Source: Octopus vulgaris (lineage: Eukaryota). From it: a stretch of 64,000 nucleotides of DNA. Shown in pieces: positions 1 to 13,517 of the stretch; the first letter of the stretch is position 1, and each line of letters opens with the position of its first letter. The position numbers were made by a program, and so were the translations under genes. The stretch spans positions 67,952,001 to 68,016,000 of the forward strand of contig OX597817.1 in assembly GCA_951406725.2 (NCBI GenBank), given 5' to 3'. The notes below the pieces were generated by a model that did no database searches, was not told where the DNA came from, and was given only the letters and a program-made list of their open reading frames with translations.

Positions 1-239
1 TAAGGGAGAATACAGATGAGGTAATAGGGAAAAATCGGATATTTACAAGTAAGTTGTAAAAGGGGAAAAAGTAATAGTCAGAGAGACGAAAAAGAAAAAG
101 AAAGACATCTCAATGTGTATGCAAATCTATATGTGCAGTAAACTATAACATGAAAATAAAAATCTAACGGATATGTTCAAAGAAATAGTAACAGGTCGAG
201 ACGAAGTATAATGTAAACACGGCTACGTGTGTCTAGTAG

Positions 240-249
240 AATATATATG

Positions 250-312
<63 letters not shown>

Positions 313-370
313 TTGCGTCGCGTTCAATTAAATAATAAATAGTAAATAATATATATTTTATACACACACA

Positions 371-447
<77 letters not shown>

Positions 448-458
448 GTATACATATA
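240..458. repeat. (TA)n/(CA)n microsatellite cluster
   Basis: Direct dinucleotide runs; explains the YI/CV/HT pseudo-ORFs. Confidence 0.95.
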
Positions 459-549
459 TTTGTACAGAACATTACCAACGGTGCTAAAAAAAAATGAAAT
501 ACGTATACAATAGGAAAAATGGAAAAGAAGACAAGTAAGCACAGAAAAA

Positions 550-612
550 GAATACTTCATCAGTTGTCGGCTGTCTATCTACTCCTCATTTCGAGCATTC
601 AACGACAATATG
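550..612 (-). ncRNA. Candidate permuted hammerhead ribozyme, copy 1 (probably in a Penelope-like repeat end)
   Basis: Minus strand reads CAT-A-TTGTCG-TT-GAATGCTC-GAA-ATG...CGACAA-CTGATGA-AGTATTC; stems I, II and III can all pair. Confidence 0.55.
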
Positions 613-1004
613 TGTCTTCAAAGACAGTTGCTCCCATAAATGCTAAAATATAATTTATGAATTAGGGAGGGTCAAAGTTGGGAACGAAAACATGACAGTG
701 GAAACATACAAAGAAACCGAACGAAAACAAACATGGGGGTCGTTAGACCAGAACGAGCGGAAAATAATGGACGCTGGGAGAAACATTTTTTGGAAAAGTG
801 AAAAAATAGAAGAGAGAAAGAAAAACACGTCTGTTCTTTTGAACGTCCGTACAGGAAAAGAAAGATGGTCACGTGAGAAAAAAAAAGGTGGAGCGAGAAA
901 AAGAGTAAGTGGGGAGAGAGAAAGAAGAGAGGGGGAAAGACAAGAAAACGGTGAAGGAGGGAGGGAGAGAAAAAGGAATTAGAGAAGGAGAGAGGAAAAA
1001 GCAG

Positions 1005-1071
1005 TATAGCTTCAGGCCAACCAAAGCTTTGTGAGTGGATTTCATAGACGGAGACTGAAAGAAGCCCATCG

Positions 1072-1137
<66 letters not shown>

Positions 1138-1440
1138 TGTATGTGTGTGCGCGCGCGCACGTGCAGACATGGTTGTGTGTTAACAAGTGGGGTTTCCAAC
1201 CACGTGGTTTCGGTTACAGTGTGTGTGTGACTTTGTGTCAGTGTTTGTTCCCCACACTACCGCTTGACAACCGGTGTTGGTGTATTTACTTCCCCCTAGC
1301 CTAGCCGTTTGGCAAAGAGACCGATAAGAATAAGTACCATGCCTAAAAAAATTAAGTCCTGGGTCAATTCATTCGACTAAATTTTCTTCAATGCAGTGCT
1401 CCAGCATGGCCGCAGTTAATGATTAAAAAAGTTTAAAAAA
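1005..1440 (+). mobile_element. 5'-truncated CORE-type tRNA SINE (family B) with internal microsatellite
   Basis: Matches the full copies at 39824 and 58274 (ccaaagc-ttgtgagtggattt...gtgctccagcatggccgcagt). Confidence 0.85.
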
Positions 1441-1633
1441 TGACATAAATACGACTGGCTTCCTCACAACACGGTTTCCGTCTACCATTGGTCGGCGTTC
1501 AGACCTACTCTAGAAAACACTAGTCCGAGGTAACACGCAGTTGGGCTGAACCAGAAACCCCACATGAGCAATGGAAGCTTCTTTATCACACAGCCATAGA
1601 ATGCTGTAAATACTGGACTTGCTATTAAATATA

Positions 1634-2520
1634 CGAGGTCTGATCAATAAGTATCCGGTCTGTAGCCATAATAACGAAGCTAAAGCACGCAGAGTGAAGC
1701 CATTTGAACCAGATTGACCTTGGACTCTGCTGTGCATGTGCACTAAGTTTTAACGGTCTAGCTCACTTCTGCTTTTTACAGCAGTGCTTGAAAGGAAGGT
1801 GTGTAGCGTGTGATCGACGCATTGAACATGACAGTTGTCGTGGCGATACCTGCCCAGAGGCCTGCGCAATGTTACAGAAAATATATGGAGAAGAGTGTAT
1901 GAGCCGCACACGGGTGTACGAGTGGTTCAGACATTTCCAAGATGGTCGAAAAATGTCGATATTGACGAACATTCTGGGTGATCCGCAACCAGCAAAACTT
2001 AGAAAAGATCGTAGATGCGCGTGGAGCTGTGAGGAGAAATCGTCGAATCACCATCCGCGAGTTATCAGAGGATGTGCAGATTAGTTACGGTTAAGTTCAG
2101 TCCATTATCACTGAAGATTTGGGTATCAGACGTGTGCCTGCCAAATTGGTGCTAAAACTGCTTTCAGCTGACCAAGAAGACACTCAGGTTCCAATTGCAC
2201 AAGATCTCCTTGATTGTGTCGAGAACGATGAAAACTTTTTGGAAACTTTGCGTAGGGCTCTGAGCAGGTATGACCAAGTTTTTGGCAAAATTTAATGCAG
2301 TGTCTCTGCTCAACTTTCTTTGCCATAGCCAATGCAACGATCACATGCATCACATCTTCCTTCCAAGCACTGCTGTAAACAGCGAAAGTGAGCTAAAACA
2401 TTAAAACTTAGTGCGCATGCACAGCATTATTCACGGTCAATCTGTACCAAGCGTCTTTACTCTATGTTCTTTAGCTTTGCTACTTTAGCAACAGTCCGGA
2501 TACTTATTGATCAGACCACA
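1634..2520. mobile_element. Non-autonomous mariner derivative made of two inverted 5' ends
   Basis: TIR CGAGGTCTGATCAATAAGTATCCGG matched at both ends, TA on each side, long imperfect arms. Plus strand encodes MLQKIYGEECMSRTRVYEWFRHFQDGR; minus strand encodes MAKKVEQRHCIKFCQKLG. Both are mariner N-terminal HTH segments. Confidence 0.88.
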
Positions 2521-3732
2521 TAAACGAAAGAATACGTAGTTTCAATCTAGACATAGGAAGTAAACACTGGATTCTTTTCAACATTCCCTTCACTCTATTA
2601 AATTGTTGAAAATGTAATGAATCATAAGCAGTAACGCTGCTGTCTTAATTTATGTTAACTTTTAGATCAAGCACGATAACGGAATAGTTTTTATATCAGT
2701 AATTATGATAAGTAAAAATAATAGATATTTTAGTATAACAGTCGAGTGCCATGGATTCTAAGGAATCCTCTGGTGACACTATGTATGTGTGTGGTAGTGT
2801 GTATGTAAGTATTTTTTTGTTTGTATATATGTGTGTAAATGTGCACATGTATGTGTGTATGTGTGTGAGAGAGAGAAAGCACGAGAGAGAGAGGGAGGAT
2901 ATGCTCATGCATTTATAAAGCAAAGGGGTCCGTTGCAGATTTCATTCTAGTTATTAGAAATAGGTTTGTCCGGGTTTCAAGCCATCGACACGTCACCAAA
3001 AATTTTTACTCACAAATCAGGATGTCGAATTATAAAATGACACATTTTGTAATATTGCTTCTAGAACGTACATGCACCTCACCCCACTGACAAGCATACA
3101 CAAATAAATGCGAGTTTGAGTTTCTGTGTGTATCTTCAAATGATGTTCTGGATCATATACAGACCCCTGGGATCTAGCCAAAGGTACATATTTGGAATCA
3201 GGATAATTTTGGAGTGTTTCAGTGCTAGTTAGACGCAAATTCGCATCGCCCCATGGCACCTTTAGTTCTTAAAACTTAGCAAAGTGGGAACTAAGATATA
3301 TGAAAATGGAAATAGAAATAGACAAAACGAACAAACTGGGTAATGTTTGGGAAATATTAAATCTGTTCAGAAATCGAATGGATATTTTCAGTGCCCCAAA
3401 TACAACTTTGAAAGCGCTGGAAATTTGTTAAACAGAATTTTGTAAAAATGCAAGAAATAAAAGAAGTCCAATTATAAATTGTATTGAAAGCCTGCAATTA
3501 GCTATGTCACAGCAACAAAGCAATTATTCTAAACGAAGTTTGATGTTGATTAATCTTATTACTAGAATTTTTCTTTCAAACGGGTTTTAAAATTCAATTT
3601 AGAATTCGTGAGCGGTAAAAGTCATATTCATTTTTATAAAGAAGGCAAGAAACGACGTTAGAAATGTTGTGCATATCGATATCAAGATAAAAAAAAAGAT
3701 GGCAGAAGAAGATCAGAAGTGAGAAGAAACAT

Positions 3733-3942
3733 ATTCTTTTCTACTCTAGGCACAAGGCCCGAAATTTTGGGGCAGAGGGCTAGTCGATTAGATTGACCCC
3801 AGTACACAACTTAATTTATCGACCCCGAAAGGATGGAAGGCAAGATCGAGCTCGGCGGAATTTGAACTCAGGACGTAAAGACAGGCGAAATAACGATAAG
3901 CATTTCGCCCGGCGTGTTAACACTTCTGCTAGCTCGCTGCCT
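3733..3942 (-). mobile_element. tRNA-derived SINE family A, full copy
   Basis: Head ggcagcgagctagcagaa plus the central gcctt-catcctttcggggtcgataaa domain; flanking direct repeat TGAGAAGAAAC (3720-3730 and 3943-3953). Confidence 0.9.
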
Positions 3943-5699
3943 TGAGAAGAAACGATTTATTGTATAAAAGAAAATCAACATCCAGGATGACGAAAATCGG
4001 TGAATTCCAGCAGAGAGGTGAGAAAAAAATACAAGAAAATTTTGACACGACATATTCGAGCGATGTTTTATACTGGACATTTTAAAGATTAGCGGTATTA
4101 AGGCTCCAGAAGATCGGGTGATGTTTTGACTCGACAAATCACCGAAAATCGACAGATCTAAGGCTTTTTAATAGGTTCTTCAATTTTACAATCTTACTTT
4201 AAGCCGAGGGTTCAACAGCTCCCCGTTAGAGCAAAACTAAAAGTCTTTCTCCCGAGGGCGGCGTTTTGGCTAGTGTTTACATAAAACACATGCATACTCA
4301 CTTGTTTTGAATGTGTATCACTTAAAAAACAAGACAATACATTGTGTAGAAATCATATTTCTAAGTAAGGCAATCGATGATACCCACGACCATAAATCGA
4401 ACTTTTATAGGTACGAAAGGGCAATAGGTAAAGCTTTAATCGCACTAGGCTTGAAATATGAGTCCTTGTTGATTATTGGTAGCTTTTAGGGGATGAATTT
4501 CGATGTGGATGGGTAAAAATCAAAGGCGAATTTGCAAGCGCCTTTGTTTTTAATATCTCAAAACCACTTGATTACGGTTGTGCTGCCATTTTATTACTTA
4601 AACGTCACAGCACTTTTAATTTTGTTATTAATTGCGTTGTCATAGAGCTCGTGACTATAGTAGAAAGGATATTAATGACGTTGAGAATACGCTTAATAAA
4701 ACACAGGCATACATACACTCAAAGAAAAAGGCACAAAGATGCATGTATTCACAAACAGTCAATCTTGAGCCAACTGGACATTATCTACATAGTCCTTAGA
4801 CCTTCTAGAAAAAAGTGGCGATATTAAGCCTTAAGTCTTAAAAACAACATTTTGGGTAATGTTGTTCGGGTATTCATTGCACGAAAAAGGATGAAATGGC
4901 TACGGCGGATAGGTCTTTGAAATTATCTCAAGATATGGAGTTTATGGAGATTATGTGTTCTCTCGATCGCTATAAATAGCAACCAAATTTTCCTCAGATA
5001 ATATCCTACCATTTATATTATTCATAAGAAAATATGTTCGAGAACAACACCCAATCTCCTCCACTCTCTTATTTTCTACATGTATGCCTGTTTGCAAATA
5101 ACAAGGCGAGTCATAATATGAAATTTTGCTAAAAACCAGTTTCCTTGGTTTTACCATCCGAATGTTGTTGCTGCTGCGGGGTGCTTTTTTATGGTGTAGG
5201 TGGCGTTGGTGGTGGTGGTGGTGGTGTTTGTTCGAACCAATGAGGAAACCTATACGTTGTTGTTCGGACTGCTAAAAACAGTAACTAAATCTCCCTCAAA
5301 ATATACTCAACTGTCGTATATAAAGAGAGACTACATTGAATAATGCAGTCATTTCAAAGCCCCCCAAAACACGGATGAATATTAGTGTGATATAAAACCA
5401 TTAATCTTAAAGCTTAACAAAAAATACTGTGGTCTTTAGATTATTACCTCGGCAAACTTCCGTACAAAATTCTTATGTAGTTTCTATTTATTTTCTGTCT
5501 TAAGTAATTTTTTGTTGTCACGGTCGCAGTCCTGATTAAACCTCATGGAACAAAAGACCTTTCCCATCAGGATTGAACTATTACGAGAGAGGATTTGAAT
5601 AGCCTGTGTCTGGTTTAGATGAATGAAAGGAAAACTATGGAAGAATTTTTGTATAACGTAGGATATATCGCCAAGGGGCGATGTCACCTGCTATTTTTT

Positions 5700-6089
5700 A
5701 CTTTTTACTTGTGTTAGTCATTGGACTGTGGCCATGCTGGAGCATCACATTGAAGGGTTTAGTCTAACAAATCGACCGCTGCACTTGTTTTATAAAGTTT
5801 TATATTTATTTCATCGGTCCCTTTTTTTATTTTATTAAATTTGCCATAAAGGCAGTACATAGAGTAAGGAAGCTTGCGGGCTGGACACGGACATTAATGA
5901 GATGAATGATAATGATACAAGGATGATAAGGATGGGAGAAGATGAAAAGCGCCCGCCGACTTTTGCTTCTCTGAAACATTGTTCTTTTTAAAAATACTGA
6001 ATGAAGTATTAACCCTCTTACAATTTTATTACACCAGATTACGGGGATTCAAATAAACGAACGCCAATTGGCAAGCAGTGTCTGGAGGA

Positions 6090-6152
<63 letters not shown>

Positions 6153-6490
6153 CCCCAACACACATACACACACAAACAGAAACAAACGCTGTTGACGGCA
6201 TAAATATTTTGAAACTTTGAGAGATGAAATAAGTCGTTTATAACGGTTGAACTCGAAATTTAAGAAAAAGAAAACTATAAATATTTATACGCTGCTATAT
6301 ATAACTTTCTTTTTCGAGTTCATCCGTTAAACAGTGAATTATAAAGATCTTTATATAATATGGGCTTCCACACAGTTTCTATCTGCGAAATTCATTCACA
6401 AAGACATCGGTGGGCACAAGACTATAATAGAAGACACTTGTGCAATGGACCGTGCCATAGAACTGAACTCGAAACCATGCGGTTGTAAAG
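5700..6490 (-). mobile_element. Fragmented family B SINE
   Basis: Tail ctgtggccatgctggagc at about 5727, (CA)n, and head agaagacacttg...aaccatgcggttg at about 6430-6490. Confidence 0.65.
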
Positions 6491-7106
6491 CGAGATTCTT
6501 TTGTTTAATTTTGCAATCCTTTGAGTGTGTAAGCAATTTTGTACTCCTCTAAAATAGCCAGGCATATTTTGAAATCAGATTACAATGTAGAGAATAGTAC
6601 AATTGCTGTAATCTCTTTGGTATTGTACTCTTATGTAATAATCACCTTATTAACGTAATCAGATTACCTTACTTAGCTAATTGCTTCTAACATTCGGGGC
6701 AGTTGAAAGATTTCGTTTCACCAGTGCTCTCACAGCTGACTGCTAAAATTAAATAATGAATGAATTAATTATTTAATTATTTTTTAATAACTTTTTTTCA
6801 TCTTTAGCAAGAAAATTGCAGCAAAACTGCATTGTAGTTGTGCCAGACGTGGCATGCAGACCATCATACAACATGTTTTATTCTCTTCTGCTTTATTTTG
6901 ACATGCGCATTGCGTTTTTATTCTTCTCTTCCGTTTTACGAATTCAGTGTGTACATGCGCATTGCGTGTTCATACTTCCTCTTTCTAGTTCCTGCTCAAA
7001 ACTGTTTACAGAACACAACCATCTCACGAACCTGCGTTCACAAAGAGCGCTTCGTGCTCCGTTGGTTGTGAAAAAAATGCTAAATACAAATATTTGGGTT
7101 TGGACC

Positions 7107-7448
7107 GTCATTAGGGTTTAATAAATTCTCAAGAGACCTTGAACTAATTCTTTTTTTAGAATATGTCAAAACACATATAAATCTATAAATAATAGCCTGC
7201 AAATATTGGATTGAACACCCCGCCTCCTTGGATAAAAAAAGGGGGCCGAAGATTATCTGTGGGGCTCGAACCTAAATCCTATGCCGACGTTACAGGCGTT
7301 CTGCCATCGTACTAAAGCAATCCTTTGAAACACGATGTCGATTTTAATAACTTCATGCTTGGCAGTGAGAACTGTATGTGTGTGCTTTGAGATATTCCAA
7401 AAAAGAATTAGTTCATATACTCTCGAAAGTTTATAAAATTCTTATGAC
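7107..7448. mobile_element. Foldback/MITE-like element with ~70 bp arms enclosing a tRNA-like segment
   Basis: tgaactaattctttttttagaatat (~7140) is inverted at atattccaaaaaagaattagttca (~7392); minus-strand B-box ggttcgagccccac at ~7258-7273. Confidence 0.55.
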
Positions 7449-7799
7449 ATTAAAATGGTACATTTCTCCCTGGAAAGAATAAAGCTAATAAAATGGAAAG
7501 AAATTCGAAGGATCGTTTACGCCAGTTATGTCTACAGGAGATGTGGGTTCGAATCCCACGAGCAGCCTTCATCTTTTCCTATCCAAAAGGGTTTTCCAAC
7601 CCAATATATACATGTTATTATTTATAACTTTGCATGTACTTCGAAATATTCCGAAAAAAAACAATTATTTGGGTTTTAATTTTATCGAAGTGAGGTTTGA
7701 CCTATTCTTATTTTAAGCGTGATGGAGTTGTTTAAGTGGCTTTTGTCCTGGGGTGGGTGTCATAAAGTGAGTTTGTTCCGGAGAGATTTGTTCTAAAGG

Positions 7800-8200
7800 A
7801 GACGGGCAGTCGAAACCATCCCCCTAGTACTTGAATGGTATTTTTTTTTTTATCTAACCCGAAATAACAAAAGATAAAACTGACTCCAGAATGTAAAGAG
7901 CAGAGAACAAATACCGTGAAGCAATTTTCCCATACTCTACCGATTTTGTCAGCTCGCCGCCTAAACGGTTATAATGACAATTAATTCTACCAAAGAGCAT
8001 ATTATATGTTTAATATTACAAGTACAATACACTATAATAATAATAATACTTTCTATTATAGGCACAAAAACTATAATCGACCCCAGTACTCAACTGGAAC
8101 TTATTTTATCGAACCGAAAGAATAACAGACGAAGTCGACCTAGCGGGATTTGAACTCAGCACATGAAGCCGAAAGAAACATCGCTAATCATTTTGTCCGG
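7800..8200 (-). mobile_element. Two degenerate family A SINEs
   Basis: gaccccagtactcaactgg...gtcgacctagcgggatttgaactcag motifs. Confidence 0.7.
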
Positions 8201-8782
8201 CTCAGGATGTTTACTGTTGCTAATTGAATTGACCAAAGTATAACCATTAAATTAATCGATCTCCGTCAGTTTCAATGATGAGTAGTTGTTCGATCGGCTG
8301 AAATTCCTGTTCATTGAATTGGTGAGTATTCCACAGTCAATTGTACACTTAACTATCCTTAATTCAAGTGTAACCAGCGTGACACAGTGTGTGACATGCC
8401 TGCACCTTTGAATTACAGGTACAATCCATTAGAAGAGGTTTGCGCTCAGTTTTGTGTTACCAGATCAAAATCTACAGTCAAAGACTCTAGCTTAAGATGC
8501 TCCGCAGTGGAAATGAACTCGGGGTTCAGTGATTGGAAAGCGAATTTTAACCATTCTGTCATACTGTCATCCACGATTCGACTTCAGTACATGTTTGATA
8601 TTTAGCGTTACCAACCCTAGTAGGATGAAAAGTAAATCAGACCCGACAAGATTTAAGTTAGTTTGTGGAGGACAAGTCAAATAAGGGGTTGGCTGCTACT
8701 GCAACCAAAGAGGAGAGAATCGTTTTTAGCTTTAAGCTCTAATCATGTTGAGGAATTTATAATTATATTAAACAGCGAAGAG

Positions 8783-8863
<81 letters not shown>

Positions 8864-10291
8864 ACACACACATATATATTCATTTCCATGTCTCTGTATC
8901 AATAATATATATTTATTCTGGTGTACAACCATTTCCTGCAACACTGAATCTAGCGAGTGACTCTGTAGGGAACTCTTGTTTGGCGCATGACAGGGAGTAG
9001 TATTTATTTGGCTGGCTGATCATTCAAGAGAAAAATTTGTTCTTTTGCTTGATCGTTCGGTTCTCAATGCACTTGTATAAATAATTTGCACAATGGCAAT
9101 GCAAACAAACTTGCTCCTAGTCGTTCGCTCGACGAGATATGTGCCTCAAATCTTCATTATCATAACTGAGCTGAGATTACACAACGACAACAGCATAATG
9201 ACAGCAAAATGAACTGCCATGGTGGGATATGTTTCAGTTTAAGAGGATGCTGGTTACTCTCTAAAGAAAACTGCCTTGCGTATACTCTTTTGTTGACAAG
9301 TCGAACGAAAGCTCGTGATGTTTGTATACAGTCATCGTATTCTCGCTGCACTTCTGTGTTGTTGTTTTTTTTTTTCGGCTGTATAACGCACATTTGCGAA
9401 AACACACCCTATGTAAACATTTTCGTGCAGAAACAAACCGAAAGACTTTAAAATCACTGTGTGTAAAAACATAATCGTTGAACAAGTTCTCTATCTTGTA
9501 TCGTTTTACAGCATTGTGTGAGTGTGTTAATAATAATGTCATTGAATATGTTTGGAAAGAAAATGACCTTTTCTGCCTAGAGACAAATGACAATCTCAAC
9601 GGGGTAGGAGAAAGAAAGAAATGTTACTGAGATTCGTAAAATTTCAACTGAAAATTTAGAGAATATCAACTTTATATAATATAATCCAGCTGTATCAAAG
9701 CATGTTCTATCTCGACATTATTAGCCATTGTGTATCTTTGACGTAAGTAAAAGATTTCAGTGAGATTATTTTCCATACTGTCTTTTTTAAACTTAACTTT
9801 CGTTTACTTTCATTTTGTTACGCCTTTACGACTCGTACCCGACGCCATTTTGAATTTTTTCAATCGAATCAATTTTTGTTCTTTTTCCATTTTTTGTTTT
9901 TGCTACTTTTGATTGCGATTTTTATTTGTTGTAATTCTGCCCAGCTTCGTAAAATATCAATAAATGTATGATTGACTAAATGGTTTATTTATTTTATTTC
10001 TCTTCATCCTTCTCAATTCGATTTTATTTTATTTTTTTCTTAAAAAAAAAAAGAAAACATTTTTGTATCCCGAATATTTTATTTGCTTTGCTTCTATCTC
10101 TATAACAACCTCCTTCAGTCAATAAATATTTCAGCAATTCATGCTATTAATTCATGTTGGCTTTGTACATAATCGCTTTTAATCCTCTACCGTTTAAATA
10201 TAATCATACTTACATCTTTACTGAGCATTCTCGGTTTATATGCACGGTTTCTCCCCCACTTCCTCCACAAAATAAATAGGTTCCTCCTCTT

Positions 10292-10343
<52 letters not shown>

Positions 10344-10430
10344 TATCTATCTCTTTATCTTCCTCAATCTCTTACTATTCACTTTCTCTAAATATTTTTG
10401 TATCAGGTTTTTTTCGTCATCGTCATCGTC

Positions 10431-10483
<53 letters not shown>

Positions 10484-10576
10484 TGCCGTCGTCGTCGTCA
10501 TCATCATTGAGTATTTGTCCTTATCACAAATTATAACAATTATTTATCATGATGTTGATGATGGTCATCATCAATA

Positions 10577-10790
10577 AGGGGTGAATTGGCAGAACTGTTA
10601 GCGCGTCGGACAAAATGTTTAACAACATTTTCTTCTGGTTTTTACGTTCTGAACTCAAATTCCGTCAAGGTCGACTTTGCCTTTCATCCTTTTGGGGTCG
10701 ATAAATTAAGTACCAGTTATGAATTGGGGTCGATGTGATCGACTAGCCCCCTCCCTCCAAATTTCAGGCCTTGTGCCTGTAGTGGAAAGA

Positions 10791-10845
<55 letters not shown>

Positions 10846-11275
10846 CGGTGAGCTGGCAGAATCGTTAGCACATTGGACAAAATGCTTAGCGGCATTTCAT
10901 CTATCTTTAAGTTCTGAGTTCAAATGCCACCGAGGTCGACTTTGCTTTTCATCCCTTTGCGATCGATAAAATGCGTAAGTATTAATGAAACGCTGGGGTC
11001 GATGTGATCGACGAGTCCCCTCCCCAAAATTTCAGACCTTGTGCTTTTGGGTAGAAAGGATTATATGGTGGTGAACTGGCCGAATTTTAAGAGGGTCGGG
11101 GAAAACGCTTTGCAGTATTTCTTTCGGGTTTTTACCTTCAAAGTTCAAATCCCACTAAGTTTAACTTCGTCTTTCATTTCTATGGGGGTCGACTCCACTC
11201 AAGTACTGGTACCAATGAAAGCGACTAAACCCTATCCACTAAATTGCTTGCCTTTTTACCAAAATTGGAAACATT
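10577..11275 (+). mobile_element. Three tandem family A SINEs separated by (TTA)n
   Basis: Heads at about 10577, 10843 and 11066, each followed by the family A body. Confidence 0.88.
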
Positions 11276-11439
11276 CTATTCCCAATCCCCATTATCTTGT
11301 ATTCTGTTTCTTCCCGTGTAACCAAATTCGTGGAACCTTATGGCCAATAAAGAATTAATTATTTGTGATTACGGGTAATTGTTATTTATCATAAACGTTC
11401 TCTAACGAAGTAGCGGTTTTTGTTGAAATAGCGGATAAA

Positions 11440-11491
11440 ATCATCTTTCTTTCCTTCTTTCTTTCTTTTTTCTTTCTTTCTTTCTTTTCTC

Positions 11492-11533
<42 letters not shown>

Positions 11534-11641
11534 TTCTATCTCCCTTTTCTTCTCATATTCTTCTACCTTTTCATTCACTCACCATATCTCATTTCTCTTT
11601 CTCTCAACATCACTCTATATTCATTTCTTTCTCTCTCTCCT

Positions 11642-11673
<32 letters not shown>

Positions 11674-11960
11674 ACACACATACTCGCTTACTGACCCGCT
11701 CTCTCTCTCTCTCTCTCACTCACACACACATTCTCGCTTACTCACTCACTCACTCTCTCTGCTCTCTCTCTCTCTCTCTCTCTCTCTGTGCCCTCTCTTT
11801 CTCTTTCTCTCTCTCTGCTCTCTCTCTCTCTCTCTCTGTGCCCTCTCTTTCTCTCTCTCTGCTCTCTCTCTCTCTGTGCCCTCTCTTTCTCTGCCCTCTC
11901 TTTCTCTCTCTCTCTCTCTGCCCCCTCTTTCTCTCTCTCTCTCTCTCTCTAGCTCGCTCG
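11440..11960. repeat. (CT)n-rich tract with ctctctctgtgccctctctttct minisatellite units
   Basis: Direct inspection. Confidence 0.85.
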
Positions 11961-12638
11961 CTTTCTCGTTCACTATCTAATTCTATCCTCCTCTCTCTAA
12001 AAATATATCTAGCTCTACCGCACCGCTATTCATTATTCTTATTGTATTCTACTCCTCTTTCTTTCACCTCCACCTCACTGTTTGTTTTTGTTCCTCTTCT
12101 TTCTCCTCTCTTTTTCTTCATTCGCCTTTATTGATTTTCATGTGAATATCCATCATTAGTACTCAGAGAGTTGATGTCGCTGGATAGGCGATTTGCTTTG
12201 CACATAATTTTAACTTCATACACAGCATTTGTATCGATAATAACAAGTTAATTTGGTCTTGTGTACAGAGTATCATTATAAAGGCATTATTATTACTATT
12301 ATTATTAGCATTGCGAGCTTGAGTAGCCAGCCACTATTGTGCGTGTATTGTTATTGCAGGGCGACGACGCTTTGGACTGACTATCCTTATACTTCGTGGT
12401 ACAGGCGAGAGAGGTCAAAACTGAACAGAGGTATCGCATGTTATATAATTGATAGTATTGTTGGTAAGAAAACGATAGATTTACATACGTTTTATTTCAT
12501 CATGTCACGCTTTGACATAAAAATAAACAAATACGTAAATTAATAAGTAAAAATACTACAGTAAACAAAAGTAAAAAAAAAAAAGACTCCAGAACTCAAA
12601 TAATGATATTGTATGTTTCTGCGTGCGTGCATGCGTGC

Positions 12639-13285
<647 letters not shown>

Positions 13286-13517
13286 CAGTAGCCAAAGAAG
13301 CATATTTCAACTCAAGCCAGCAGAAACTCTCCTTGTTTTTAGTCCCAGAACTTTTGAATTCTACAATTCTACTATTCTGCTCTTTTACTACCATCGGAGG
13401 ATAAATTTATACAAATCTATATACAACCTGGAGAAAGAAATATAAACCAAAACTAAACCCAAGACTAGTTCTAAAACTAGTCCCGTGAGCACAATTCTTT
13501 TTTCTTGATCTGTATTA

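Noticed and set aside
3017-3460. ORF MPWGDANLRL... and an adjacent short plus-strand frame
   Set aside because: No recognisable motif, weak acceptor; cannot support as an exon.
9145-9225. Minus-strand CCACCATGG start with hydrophobic peptide MAVHFAVIMLLSLC
   Set aside because: Stops after 24 codons with no good donor site.
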